Source of the DNA: Patescibacteria group bacterium
GTDB taxonomy: Bacteria > Patescibacteriota > Patescibacteriia > XYB2-FULL-38-15
DNA length: 64,000 bases
NCBI GenBank assembly: GCA_041650995.1
Contig: JBAZJZ010000001.1
Coordinates: 363,302 to 427,301, forward strand
Reading direction: 5' to 3'
The position numbers and the translations under genes were made by a program. Below, one piece after another: positions 9,954 to 19,198 of the stretch. The notes under the pieces are model-generated. The model saw only the letters and a program-made list of their open reading frames with translations, did no database searches and was not told the DNA's origin. How positions within the stretch are numbered: the first letter of the stretch is position 1; every line of letters starts with the position of its first letter.

Positions 9954-10568
9954 CTAGAACTTCCGGCAGGAGGCCGAACCGTGATTCGGAAGAGCGCTAC
10001 CGCCCCAGCGCCAATCAAGCACGGTCCGACCGCTGATCACACGAAGACAGGCCACATCCTCGCGCTGCTTACGACGAACGGAACCCGGCAGGTCCATGAC
10101 GTGGCCGTCGCGGCGCGTGGTGTCGCTCACAACCTCGGGGTACTGGATGTAGGCCGAAACGGCTTCGAGCACCGTGAGGCCGAGTTCGTTCTTTGCGAAG
10201 TTGTGGCGACAGTCGACCACCGAACGGTTCCGGTTTTGACGGCCATCCTGCATCCGAATCCAAAAGGGAACTTCTGGATTACTGTGCAGAGCGTTCCACA
10301 ATTCGAAGGTTTTGTCGCTGCCGTCGAAGTCGATGTTGCCGCAAGCGCAGAGCCTCTTGAGCGGCAGCCGCGACTCCACGAGCACGAGGAGCGGAAAATC
10401 CTTGTCCGGAAGACGAAGCTGCGGAGGAATCTTGGGAATGGTCGCGAGGTACTTCTCGAAACTCGGAAAATCGAGCTCATGGCCGATGCCCGGCTCGCTG
10501 TTTCTCAAACGCGCCGTCTGGATCTCGTGCAGTTGGGCCACGTGGCCAAGATCGAAAAGGTCTCCCAT
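9954..10568 (-). CDS. G1: GC-rich cassette protein of unknown function (about 204 aa)
   Basis: AGGAGAAAAAAG-ATG Shine-Dalgarno; third-codon-position GC very high on the minus strand; own promoter and terminator. Confidence 0.5.
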   Translation of the reverse strand: MGDLFDLGHVAQLHEIQTARLRNSEPGIGHELDFPSFEKYLATIPKIPPQLRLPDKDFPLLVLVESRLPLKRLCACGNIDFDGSDKTFELWNALHSNPEVPFWIRMQDGRQNRNRSVVDCRHNFAKNELGLTVLEAVSAYIQYPEVVSDTTRRDGHVMDLPGSVRRKQREDVACLRVISGRTVLDWRWGGSALPNHGSASCRKF

Positions 10569-10621
10569 CTTTTTTCTCCTTCCATCCCGCGGCAGTTCCG
10601 GAGACAGCGCTTTGGCCATAA

Positions 10622-10703
10622 CCGGAATAAACCGAAGGACAGCTCGTCGCCGAACCCATTCCGGCGAACATTTTATTATTGTCTGTTTAAACAAAAAAGT
10701 CAA
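10622..10703 (-). promoter_or_regulatory. G1 promoter (TTGACT-17-AATAAT) and GC-rich hairpin leader
   Basis: minus-strand TTGACT at 10703-10698 and AATAAT at 10680-10675; ccggaat..attccgg hairpin at 10622-10664. Confidence 0.4.
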
Positions 10704-10738
10704 GCGTCTTGGCGCTCGGCTTTCACAAAAAATTAAAT

Positions 10739-11416
10739 TTATTTTATCACGCTTCCCTTAAACTTTTCTCCCTTTAAAAATTTTCTAAAGTTATCTAAAT
10801 GATTTGCTTTCATAATTACAACTTCCATTCCCCATTTTTCCGCAAAACGCGAAGCAATTGGATCAAACGGCGCGTGCATGCGCGGAATCCATTTACTCCC
10901 GACCATTTTCCTGTACTCTGCCCATTTTAGATTTTTGATAGGCCTGGCGTTTTTAAACTTTTTAGGATTTTTATCATAAACGTAATCCGTATTGGTTAAA
11001 TTTATTACTTGTTTCGCACCAAAATTTTTTGCCCACAAAATCGCGTCTTTGTCTGACGAACACCCCGGCAACCAGCCAGAAGCAATTATTATTTTTTTAT
11101 TAGTTTTAATTTTCTCTGTCGGATTAATAGCCACTTTTTCATACGCGGCCTCGCTAAAAATCACCCTCACTAACTCTGCGTTCAATTTTGTCGCGGCAAT
11201 ACCAAGCCAATCTAAATCAACGTTTTTAATCTTTGCTAATTTTTTCGCCGCCGCGTTATATTTTTTATTTGTCCCTCCTCCGCCGGCCACTATTACCGCC
11301 CGCCCGCCATTTTTAATAAAATCCAAAATCGCCCGACGAAAATTTTTTAAAAAAATCGTGTCCACTTCGTCTGGCACGATAACTGATCCGCCGAGAGAAA
11401 CTATTAATGTTTTCAT
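10739..11416 (-). CDS. amino-acid-kinase family protein, archaeal-type UMP kinase-like
   Basis: MKTLIVSLGGSVI...VIVAGGGG glycine-rich kinase motifs. Confidence 0.55.
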   Translation of the reverse strand: MKTLIVSLGGSVIVPDEVDTIFLKNFRRAILDFIKNGGRAVIVAGGGGTNKKYNAAAKKLAKIKNVDLDWLGIAATKLNAELVRVIFSEAAYEKVAINPTEKIKTNKKIIIASGWLPGCSSDKDAILWAKNFGAKQVINLTNTDYVYDKNPKKFKNARPIKNLKWAEYRKMVGSKWIPRMHAPFDPIASRFAEKWGMEVVIMKANHLDNFRKFLKGEKFKGSVIK

Positions 11417-11678
11417 TTATTTATTTTGTGAATTGTTTATAAAGTTCCTCAAATAATCTTTTTTGTTCTGTCGGATCATAACCCTCCCGACGTATGCGGG
11501 CTTTCTCCCCACGAATAAATTTTTTAACACTGCGGCTAAATTTTCTTTTTGACATAAATTTTGTCTCTCTTTGCACGCTCGGCCGACATTACTTTAAAAG
11601 GCGACGGCGTACGGTATCGCGTTTTTCCCTTTCCACAACGTGCACACGAATATTTTTTCATCTTCTTACAAATAATTT

Positions 11679-12272
11679 TTAGAGCGCGTTCTCCACGCCG
11701 CCCACAGTAATGATTGCGCCACCAACTTTAGGAAATTGTTTCGCGGTTTGGGAAAGTTGCGCTCGAAACATTTGAGCCCGACAATTATCCGCGGCTAAAA
11801 CAAATATCTCTGGAGAAAAATCAACATAAGCCATGCCAATCATAATCTTTACGCTATGGATTTTTATCTCGTCTCCAATGTACGGCGCCTGGCCCGTTTC
11901 CCCTTTCTTTTGTTCGCGATAATTTATCATTTCTTCTTTGCTCGGTATGGCTGAATAATATCCTTGTTCTATCTCGGTAGCACTTGGACCAAATAAAATT
12001 TCTTCAAATGCCCTACGTTTCACAATAAGATCGTTCGGGACAGTCCGCTCTATCGGAAAAACTGCCTTGCAATCGGCCTGATTTTGATTTAAATTTTTAT
12101 TCCCAAAAAATATTTTTACAGTCGTCTCTTTTGCTTCAACTTTTTTTGCTTCCTGAACCGCGTCTTTTAAATCAGCGCTCGCCTCTTTCATTCCCCCAAT
12201 ATAACCAAAAAGCATCGCTGCAGCAGCAATTAGCAAAATAATACTAGCAAATATTAAGAGCTTCTTTTTCAT
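11679..12272 (-). CDS. secreted or lipoprotein, GerMN-like domain
   Basis: signal peptide; weak GerMN-like pattern. Confidence 0.35.
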   Translation of the reverse strand: MKKKLLIFASIILLIAAAAMLFGYIGGMKEASADLKDAVQEAKKVEAKETTVKIFFGNKNLNQNQADCKAVFPIERTVPNDLIVKRRAFEEILFGPSATEIEQGYYSAIPSKEEMINYREQKKGETGQAPYIGDEIKIHSVKIMIGMAYVDFSPEIFVLAADNCRAQMFRAQLSQTAKQFPKVGGAIITVGGVENAL

Positions 12273-12357
12273 AAAATTTTATTTTTTCTAGCTCTACAAT
12301 AATTTTAACCTCAAATCCGACTTTGAGCAACAGCTCGCAAATAAAGCTAACCGACTT

Positions 12358-14265
12358 TTATCCGGCGCTTGATCCGCCGCCGCCTCCGCCGCCGGCTCCC
12401 CCACCTCCGCCAAAACCGGACGAGCTAGAAGGATTACTATAATTCACAGCTGCGCCAACGCTTGTTTTCATTCCTGAAATAGAGTTAACAAAAATAACAC
12501 TATTAAATCCGCTAAGCGGCGTCGAACTTTCGTACCAATCTGGCTGCGCTTTATAAATATCAGCAAACCTCTCCGCCCATTTTCCTTCCACACCAAAAAC
12601 CATGGCATAAGATAAATATTTTTCAAAAGTTTCCGGCGTGCAAGCCCCGAGCCGGAATCTTTCCGCCACTTGCAAATATTCCTTGAAGCCGAGTGCGTGC
12701 CATTTTGCTTCAATCCCCTTTTCCGTGAGCGGCGGGGGTTTAATAATTAAATAAATAACCCACAAACCCAATGAAATTAAAATCGCGGCTAAAATAGAAA
12801 ATGAAAAATTTGGGAGTAAGGCCGTGACTATGGGAATAAAAATAGCGGCCACGGCAAGTGCCACAATAAAACTTGTCTCACGAGCAATCGGCATGGATCT
12901 GAAATATTCTTTTTCTTTAACTAATTTTTCTAAAATTTCTTTTGGTAATTTAGTAATCGTCCCCCTAAACGATGATTTTGTTTTTAAGTCGCCGAGCTCA
13001 ATTGTTTCGGCCGTTCCAAAAATCGCTTTTAAAAAATCTGCTTCATAATCGGAAAGACTGGAGTCACTCGAAAATTCTTTTTTCTTCACGAGCGAATATT
13101 TTTTACTTTTTATCCATAAAGTTTTTTCTTCTCGTTCAACAATTTTTAAATAACCGCGGTAAGCCAAATCAATAAGCGTAGCCGTAAAATCTTTAGAACG
13201 AACGCTGTTGTAAACAAGTCCGCCCATTTCGGCCGGCAATAATTTCGCTGGCGGATCGTATTGGGCAATAATTGTCTTTTTTAGTTTTGGCGCGTTTTTA
13301 TATTTCTTAAAAAGAAAAATGCCAAATAAAATCGGGAGGAGATAACTTAATTTATCTAAAACATAAAACCAGGTTGTCTTTTCCAGTTTAAAATCTGATG
13401 TTACAACTTTTCCCGTTTCCATCTTCACCATTTTTTCGCCATCACCTTCGGGTTCAAAGCCAAATTTTTCCACGGAAATTTTATGTTCACCAAGAGAAAT
13501 CTCATAGTTTTCTTCAAGCACAGCCGGCGTGCGAAGACCGGTTTTCTGTCCGTCTAAAATTACTTCCGCGCCCGCAGGATCGGAATTGATTTTTAAAACA
13601 CCGGCGGAAAAAACAATTCCTTTTGGCCAGCCGGCGACAATTGTAAAATTTTCGTAGGGAAGAATGTTATTTCCAAAAAATTTAAAAGTTTTACCGTCAA
13701 CAATTTGATATGTTCCGGAAAATTCGCGACTACCAGCCGCTCCGGTGTAAAGCGCCTGCTTTAGAGCGCTGATATTAGACGCTTCGGGCAAGTGAACCGT
13801 GACTTCTACTTCCCCAATCGCCACATCCCGATTTTCAGAAACTGCGTTCCAATAAAGTTCATCATAATCTTCAAAATATCCAAGCCCACCGGACACCCTA
13901 TATTCAAAAATTCGCGTCATCGAGGTATCCGTTAAATCAAAACTTAATTTAATATTAACCTGATTTATATCTTCGGTAATTTCCACTTCTGGTGGAACAA
14001 TTTCTTGGCCATTTTCATCAAAAACTTTTATATCACTTATCGCCCGCACCCTATTTTTAGGAATAAATCTTTGTGTCCAATGAAAATTTCCATGAAAATT
14101 AAAAATCTGCGTTTCGCGGACTATAAAAGTGCTATCTTCATTTACATTTATGTCTACCGACCACTTTTCAAAATCCCACCATTTTTCTTCTTGGGCTGAA
14201 ACTTGACTACCGGAAAATAAAAAAACTGCCAGAGCTACCGCAAGAAAAAATATTTTTTTAAACAT
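12358..14265 (-). CDS. DUF2207-like membrane protein with C-terminal poly-Gly tail
   Basis: signal peptide, large ectodomain, two C-terminal TM helices, GGGGAGGGGGGGSSAG tail typical of DUF2207. Confidence 0.5.
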   Translation of the reverse strand: MFKKIFFLAVALAVFLFSGSQVSAQEEKWWDFEKWSVDINVNEDSTFIVRETQIFNFHGNFHWTQRFIPKNRVRAISDIKVFDENGQEIVPPEVEITEDINQVNIKLSFDLTDTSMTRIFEYRVSGGLGYFEDYDELYWNAVSENRDVAIGEVEVTVHLPEASNISALKQALYTGAAGSREFSGTYQIVDGKTFKFFGNNILPYENFTIVAGWPKGIVFSAGVLKINSDPAGAEVILDGQKTGLRTPAVLEENYEISLGEHKISVEKFGFEPEGDGEKMVKMETGKVVTSDFKLEKTTWFYVLDKLSYLLPILFGIFLFKKYKNAPKLKKTIIAQYDPPAKLLPAEMGGLVYNSVRSKDFTATLIDLAYRGYLKIVEREEKTLWIKSKKYSLVKKKEFSSDSSLSDYEADFLKAIFGTAETIELGDLKTKSSFRGTITKLPKEILEKLVKEKEYFRSMPIARETSFIVALAVAAIFIPIVTALLPNFSFSILAAILISLGLWVIYLIIKPPPLTEKGIEAKWHALGFKEYLQVAERFRLGACTPETFEKYLSYAMVFGVEGKWAERFADIYKAQPDWYESSTPLSGFNSVIFVNSISGMKTSVGAAVNYSNPSSSSGFGGGGGAGGGGGGGSSAG

Positions 14266-14333
14266 AAAATTAAATTAAAATTACTTCTTATAATTATACT
14301 AAATTTTTTACCAAAATACCATTGTGCCAGCTC

Positions 14334-14362
14334 TTGACAAAATAAAAAAACAATGCCAAGAT
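14334..14362 (+). promoter_or_regulatory. G2 promoter (TTGACAAAA-17-CAAGAT)
   Basis: consensus -35 hexamer with 17-bp spacer. Confidence 0.45.
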
Positions 14363-14386
14363 GAGGCGAGGAAAAGGAGGTATTTT

Positions 14387-14758
14387 ATGGCCCAATCAGC
14401 GCGACCGGAGACTCCCAGACTGTATCGCCTCACGATTCGCCGCCCATCATCCGATCCAAAGACGCCAGAACTCATGGACATCGTCAGCGAAGCGTTTCTG
14501 TTCACCAAGCCGGACGGATTCCCCATGACCGAAGCCATCGCCAAACAGAGAGCCACGAGAGTCCAGGAAACACTGCCGCCGGGCTGGGAAGCCAAGGTCA
14601 CGGAAGAGCCCTTCCTTGTCACGCATGGCACGCCGGCAATCGTCGGCACCTGCCGACGCGCGACTTGCCAGAATTTCGGCATTGGGGCTCCAAATCGCTT
14701 CCGCTGCCCCGAGTGCGGCGAGCTGACCGCGATCGAGATGGTCGCAACCGTAGAGTAG
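14387..14758 (+). CDS. G2: GC-rich cassette protein (123 aa) with C-terminal Cys4 zinc-ribbon
   Basis: AAAAGGAGG-N6-ATG; C..C...C..C at the C-terminus; high GC at third codon position. Confidence 0.55.
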   Translation: MAQSARPETPRLYRLTIRRPSSDPKTPELMDIVSEAFLFTKPDGFPMTEAIAKQRATRVQETLPPGWEAKVTEEPFLVTHGTPAIVGTCRRATCQNFGIGAPNRFRCPECGELTAIEMVATVE

Positions 14759-14766
14759 CGACTTCA

Positions 14767-14821
14767 CCCGAACCGATTGACTGAGTTTAGGATAACTCTC
14801 CATCGGCTCGGGTATTTTTTA
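14767..14821 (+). terminator. G2 terminator
   Basis: cccgaaccgattg...catcggctcggg stem followed by a T-run. Confidence 0.5.
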
Positions 14822-14859
14822 TAAAAAATTCGAACCTTTAAAAATCCGAATTTTTAAAT

Positions 14860-15186
14860 TTATTTATTTTTTAACTCTTCTAAAATCTCCGGGGGGATAG
14901 GAATCTCTTTCACCGGACTAATCCCCGGATATCGCCAGGCGGCAATAATTTTTTTCTGTCCGTCTTTTTCCTTCTGCCACATTACCCAAATTTCCGTTTG
15001 TCTTTTGCCTTTTCCAACTTTTTGCATCATGGCCACTGTTCCCGGCGCAATCCCCTCTTCTGTCCGATCCGGAGCGCGAAAAATCTTTTTCACCCTGCTC
15101 GACGCGAGGCCGTAAAAAAACATTTTAGCAATCGCGTGTTTAGTCCAAAAAAATTCCTTAGTTTCTTTGAACTTGGTCTCGTCCAT
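14860..15186 (-). CDS. DUF4258-like putative toxin (RelE/BrnT-fold like)
   Basis: HAxxKM..G..SxxV motif region; tightly coupled to an upstream small acidic ORF. Confidence 0.3.
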   Translation of the reverse strand: MDETKFKETKEFFWTKHAIAKMFFYGLASSRVKKIFRAPDRTEEGIAPGTVAMMQKVGKGKRQTEIWVMWQKEKDGQKKIIAAWRYPGISPVKEIPIPPEILEELKNK

Positions 15187-15188
15187 AC

Positions 15189-15398
15189 TTAAACCTTTTT
15201 CTCTTTAAGATAATCATCCCATCTCACCTCAAGTGCTTCAGTGATCGCTTTTATATCCTCTTCTGGTGAAATTTTACCAAACTCGGTAAGTTCACCAATC
15301 ACAGCCTCGGCTTCTTCAATAAAGGCTTCACGACTTTCAGGTACAACATAATCAAAGCGCGCAAGCAATTCTTCCCAAATTGAATCTATGTCGGGCAT
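15189..15398 (-). CDS. small acidic protein, putative antitoxin partner
   Basis: 69 aa, acidic; stop-to-start gap of 2 nt to the downstream ORF. Confidence 0.3.
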   Translation of the reverse strand: MPDIDSIWEELLARFDYVVPESREAFIEEAEAVIGELTEFGKISPEEDIKAITEALEVRWDDYLKEKKV

Positions 15399-15428
15399 AA
15401 TTAGATATTAAATTTAAAATTTTATAAT

Positions 15429-15929
15429 TTACGGCACTGCAGTAAAACGGAAAGTGGAAATTATAAATTCCCATTCTTCAATCACGTCTGGATCCCCCAA
15501 ATCTGAATTATAATCAACTGTCACCCAATCTCTACCGTTTGGATGTTCCACGATGTAGGCCGGATCTCTTCCATAAGTTGCGCGAAATTCTCCCTCTGTA
15601 TCCCAGGTTTCAATCTGAGCCCGGTAAGACTGCGTGCCAGGGACCGCTTCAATAAAATGAATTAAGGCATGCGGCCAGCCGTAAGTGTCAGAAATTGTTT
15701 TGTATTTCGCTGGATATTTCATTTCAATTGCCCATGGAACATCTCTATATATTTTCCAACCAGTGGTCGGGTCCGCGGCCGCGTTAACGTTTTCAGCCGA
15801 CACCTCTTCGTTGACATTTGCCGACGGCACGTTCGTTGCCTCTTCCCTTTCAGCCGGAAACCAAGCGCACCCCGCCCCGAGAAGAGTCATTGTCGCCAAA
15901 ATTGAAACTCCCAAAATAAATTTTTTCAT
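15429..15929 (-). CDS. putative lipoprotein
   Basis: signal peptide with lipobox LGAGC. Confidence 0.45.
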   Translation of the reverse strand: MKKFILGVSILATMTLLGAGCAWFPAEREEATNVPSANVNEEVSAENVNAAADPTTGWKIYRDVPWAIEMKYPAKYKTISDTYGWPHALIHFIEAVPGTQSYRAQIETWDTEGEFRATYGRDPAYIVEHPNGRDWVTVDYNSDLGDPDVIEEWEFIISTFRFTAVP

Positions 15930-15951
15930 AATTTTATTATTTAATTACTAA

Positions 15952-16293
15952 TTATTTTGTTAGCGCGTTTGTAATCCACCCGACCACCCATAAAACCAGA
16001 GCTCCCAAAAACGCGGCGGCGAAATTTCTAACATCAAAACCTTTAACGATTGAAGCGACAAACCATAACATCAACGCATTAATTACTAACGTAAAAAGTC
16101 CGAGGGTTAGAATATTTACCGGCAAGGTCAAAAGGATCAAGAGGGGCCTGATTACGGCATTGACAAGACCCAAAATGAGCGCCGCAATAAGGGCTGAATA
16201 AAAATTTTTCACGGAAATGCCCGGTACAATGTAGGTTAAAAGCATAATCGCCACGGCATAAATTAACCAACGAATAATAATGCCCATTCCCAT
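15952..16293 (-). CDS. holin-like 4-TM membrane protein (DUF360/YvlD-like)
   Basis: 113 aa, four TM helices, matches phage holin 4 superfamily architecture. Confidence 0.5.
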   Translation of the reverse strand: MGMGIIIRWLIYAVAIMLLTYIVPGISVKNFYSALIAALILGLVNAVIRPLLILLTLPVNILTLGLFTLVINALMLWFVASIVKGFDVRNFAAAFLGALVLWVVGWITNALTK

Positions 16294-16420
16294 AAATTTG
16301 TGATTTATTTATTAACTCCTTTTTAATTTTACCGCTATTGACTTTTGGCGTCAATAAATAAAAAATAGAGACAGATGAAATTTTTTCCGAATAAGCCCGT
16401 TTTAAGATAAAAGGAACCAT

Positions 16421-16990
16421 ATGGATTACGAATTAGAGCGACAATTAATCAAAAAAGCCAAGGAAAACGCTGCCGCTTTTGAGGAGCTATACAACCATTA
16501 TCTCCCCAAAATCTACGGTTTTCTCCTAAATCGCACCGGCCAGAAAGAACTGGCCGAAGATTTGACGTCCGAAGTTTTTGCCAAAGCCCTGGCTAATATT
16601 TCTAAATTTAACGACCGAGGCGTTCCTTTTGCCGCCTGGCTTTTTAGAATTGCGCGAAATACTTTAATTGACTGGAGCCGCAAAAAGAAAGAGATTCTAA
16701 CAGATGCCGTAGAAATATACGAACCAAAACCTGACCGCGCGGAAGTGGGAGCTGTATCCGGACTTATACAAGATGAAAAAAAAGTACTCCTCAGAAAAAC
16801 CATGGGAAACCTTCCCGAAAAATACCAGACGGTTTTATCTTTAAAATTTTTTGAAGAGTTAAGTAATGACGAGATCGCGGATATCGTCGGTTGTCAAAAA
16901 AATGCCGTAGCTGTAAGAGTTCACCGCGCGCTTCGTTTAATGAAAAAACATCTGATCGGCAATCCTGAATTTTTAGAAATCAATTTTTAA
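16421..16990 (+). CDS. ECF-type RNA polymerase sigma-70 factor
   Basis: sigma-70 region 2 (FxxWLFRIARN) and region 4 HTH. Confidence 0.8.
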   Translation: MDYELERQLIKKAKENAAAFEELYNHYLPKIYGFLLNRTGQKELAEDLTSEVFAKALANISKFNDRGVPFAAWLFRIARNTLIDWSRKKKEILTDAVEIYEPKPDRAEVGAVSGLIQDEKKVLLRKTMGNLPEKYQTVLSLKFFEELSNDEIADIVGCQKNAVAVRVHRALRLMKKHLIGNPEFLEINF

Positions 16991-16995
16991 CAAAC

Positions 16996-18864
16996 ATGTT
17001 TCAATTTTTAAATAGAAAATCAAAAAAATTGATCACGGCCTGGGAAGAAAAAAAACCAGCCGAGCTTAATGCTGAAGAAAAAATGCTCTACGCCCTGGCA
17101 GAGAAAATCCAAAATGCGCGGCTCGCGCGGCCAGGAGAAATTTTTGTTTCCGAAACGGAAAAAAATCGCATCAGGGAAAATTTTTATCATAAATATTTTA
17201 ATCTTGTCGGTTCCAAGGCAACTGCTCAAAATCTAATAAAGGAGCAGGCCAGAACCCAAGACGGAAGAAAGGAAAAACTTATGACTCTGCCCTTTAATTT
17301 AAAGCGAGCCACTCTCGCGTGGGCTGGTGCGGCCGTAGTAGTGGTCGCCTTGGCGCTCGGAATTTATTTCACTCGCGGCCCGGCCGGAACGGGTGGAATT
17401 TTTAACGGAGCTCTCGCGGCACATTTATCGATCGCTGACGGACAAGTTGAAACCTGGAATGGCAGTGACTGGCAAGAGGTTGCTGTCGGGGCCACCTTAT
17501 CCGGTCAGTCGCAGCTTAGAACGGGTGAAAACAGCAAGGCAGTTTTAGAATTTGATGAAGGCAGCGCCCTACGGCTCGACGAAAACACTCACGTAATTTT
17601 AGAAGAAGTCAATAATAAAAATATTTCTGTCGCGCAAGTGGTCGGCGAAACTTATAGCCGCGTTAATAAAACTTCAGGCTTAACTTATAAAGTAAAATCC
17701 GGCGGCGCGGAAACAACGGCGCTTGGCACGGCTTTCGGCGTAGCCACGGAAAAATCAAACTGGGTTAAAAAGGGCGAGAAAAAAGTTATCGTTAAGGTGG
17801 TGGAAAGTAAAGTAAAAGTAAAAATTATAAAAAATGACGAAACCCTGGAAAAAGAAGTCAGTGAGGGCGAAGAATTAATTGTTGATATGACAAAACCGAT
17901 TGAAGACACTGCAAAAAAAGTTCCTCTGCCAAAAGAAGAAACTGCGCAAGACGGATTTTATGCCTGGAACCGCCAAGAGGATAGTGAAAAATCTTATCCT
18001 CTCGGAGTTTTATCCGATACCACAGCGCCAGAAATAAATATCTCTGAACCTTTAGACGGAATCACAACAGAGTTGGTTCGCGTCGCTGTACGCGGCACGA
18101 CCGAGACCGGAGCAAAAGTTTTTGTGAATGGCACCTTGGCGGAAAACAAAGACGGATCATTTGAAAAAATTATTGATTTGAAAGTCGGCGCGAATACAGT
18201 TGAAGTAAAAGCAAAAGATGACTCGGGAAACGCTACCACCAAAAAAATTACTGTCACAAGAAAAGGCGAAGCAGTCCAAGCCTCCCCTCTTTATCTCAAG
18301 GGTTGGGCTGATTCTGACGGCGTGCATCTTTCTTGGTCGCTTTCGGGAATTACCGCGCCAAAAGGATTTAAACTGGTAAAATCGCTCACGGCTTACCCGA
18401 CTTATCCTGGCAACTCGGCGGTTTACCTAAATCCCGATGTCAGAAGCTATCTCTGGCAAATCAATGATGGAAAAACCTGGCATTTCAGAGTCTGCGTTTA
18501 TGAAGGCGGGGCTTGCGGCACATACAGTAATGATTTAAAAATCACTGCAAAATCAAGCAGCGCGACAAACAACGAAATTTACGGGACATTGTCTTTGACC
18601 GGCTGGATAAAAACAGGAAAAATTGTTGCTCTCTCTTGGGCACTTTCTGGAAATTCCCCGTACGGATATAAATTGGTGAAATCCACAGAACCAAATCCTG
18701 TTTATCCCGGAAATGAATATGTTTACCTCTCTTCACCGGACTTGAAAGGAAGTTATGTCTGGGACATGAAAGAAGCCGGCACATATCACTTCCGCGTTTG
18801 TGCTTATAATGGAGGCGGCGGATGCGTCTTCTATAGCAATGACTACTCTATAACAGTGCAATAA
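16996..18864 (+). CDS. putative anti-sigma factor (FecR-like) with two C-terminal tandem Ig/FN3-like domain repeats
   Basis: single TM after a cytoplasmic N-terminus; internal repeat LSW.LSG...KLVKS...YPGN..VYL...HFRVC.Y.GG.C occurs twice. Confidence 0.45.
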   Translation: MFQFLNRKSKKLITAWEEKKPAELNAEEKMLYALAEKIQNARLARPGEIFVSETEKNRIRENFYHKYFNLVGSKATAQNLIKEQARTQDGRKEKLMTLPFNLKRATLAWAGAAVVVVALALGIYFTRGPAGTGGIFNGALAAHLSIADGQVETWNGSDWQEVAVGATLSGQSQLRTGENSKAVLEFDEGSALRLDENTHVILEEVNNKNISVAQVVGETYSRVNKTSGLTYKVKSGGAETTALGTAFGVATEKSNWVKKGEKKVIVKVVESKVKVKIIKNDETLEKEVSEGEELIVDMTKPIEDTAKKVPLPKEETAQDGFYAWNRQEDSEKSYPLGVLSDTTAPEINISEPLDGITTELVRVAVRGTTETGAKVFVNGTLAENKDGSFEKIIDLKVGANTVEVKAKDDSGNATTKKITVTRKGEAVQASPLYLKGWADSDGVHLSWSLSGITAPKGFKLVKSLTAYPTYPGNSAVYLNPDVRSYLWQINDGKTWHFRVCVYEGGACGTYSNDLKITAKSSSATNNEIYGTLSLTGWIKTGKIVALSWALSGNSPYGYKLVKSTEPNPVYPGNEYVYLSSPDLKGSYVWDMKEAGTYHFRVCAYNGGGGCVFYSNDYSITVQ

Positions 18865-18882
18865 AAAAATAAAAACATAAAA

Positions 18883-18915
18883 ACACGACCCCAGTACCCG
18901 GGTCGTGTTTTTATT
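18883..18915. terminator. bidirectional rho-independent terminator
   Basis: cacgaccc..gggtcgtg stem with A-run before and T-run after. Confidence 0.6.
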
Positions 18916-18924
18916 TTAAAATCT

Positions 18925-19197
18925 TTATTCTACTTTTCCCCAAAATTCGTCTGCTTCCTTTTCCATTTTGTCCAATCTTGTGTAATAATCCGAAAATTCA
19001 TTTAAATGGGCTAGGGCGATTTTTCCTGTCATAAGCGCGTCATCGTTCGTGACATTGGTGTGCAAATCACGCGCACCATGCTCCAATTCAACATCCATTC
19101 CTCTTCTAAACTGCTCGATATCAAATTTACTCCAATCGATGCCCAACTCTTCTCCGATTTTTTTCGCCTCATCGGCGGTAAAATTTTCTTTAGCCAT
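18925..19197 (-). CDS. hypothetical protein (90 aa)
   Basis: ORF with plausible start; no motif. Confidence 0.4.
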   Translation of the reverse strand: MAKENFTADEAKKIGEELGIDWSKFDIEQFRRGMDVELEHGARDLHTNVTNDDALMTGKIALAHLNEFSDYYTRLDKMEKEADEFWGKVE

Positions 19198-19198
19198 A

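Noticed and set aside
9981-10736. 251-aa plus-strand ORF overlapping G1 (and the nested ORFs 10069-10263, 10127-10480, 10312-10761, 10477-10671)
   Set aside because: High G+C suppresses stop codons in all frames. The minus-strand frame has the strong AAGGAGA Shine-Dalgarno, much higher GC3 and a more protein-like composition, so the others are treated as shadow ORFs.
11424-11555. small basic 44-aa minus-strand ORF (MSKRKFSRSVKKFIRGEKARIRREGYDPTEQKRLFEELYKQFTK) upstream of the kinase-like gene
   Set aside because: Below the ORF-track threshold, no Shine-Dalgarno and no recognisable family. It might be a real small basic protein but cannot be supported.
14308-14803. antisense ORFs 14308-14682 and 14447-14803 overlapping G2
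   Set aside because: GC-rich shadow ORFs with no Shine-Dalgarno or promoter. G2 on the plus strand has a Shine-Dalgarno, a promoter and a terminator.
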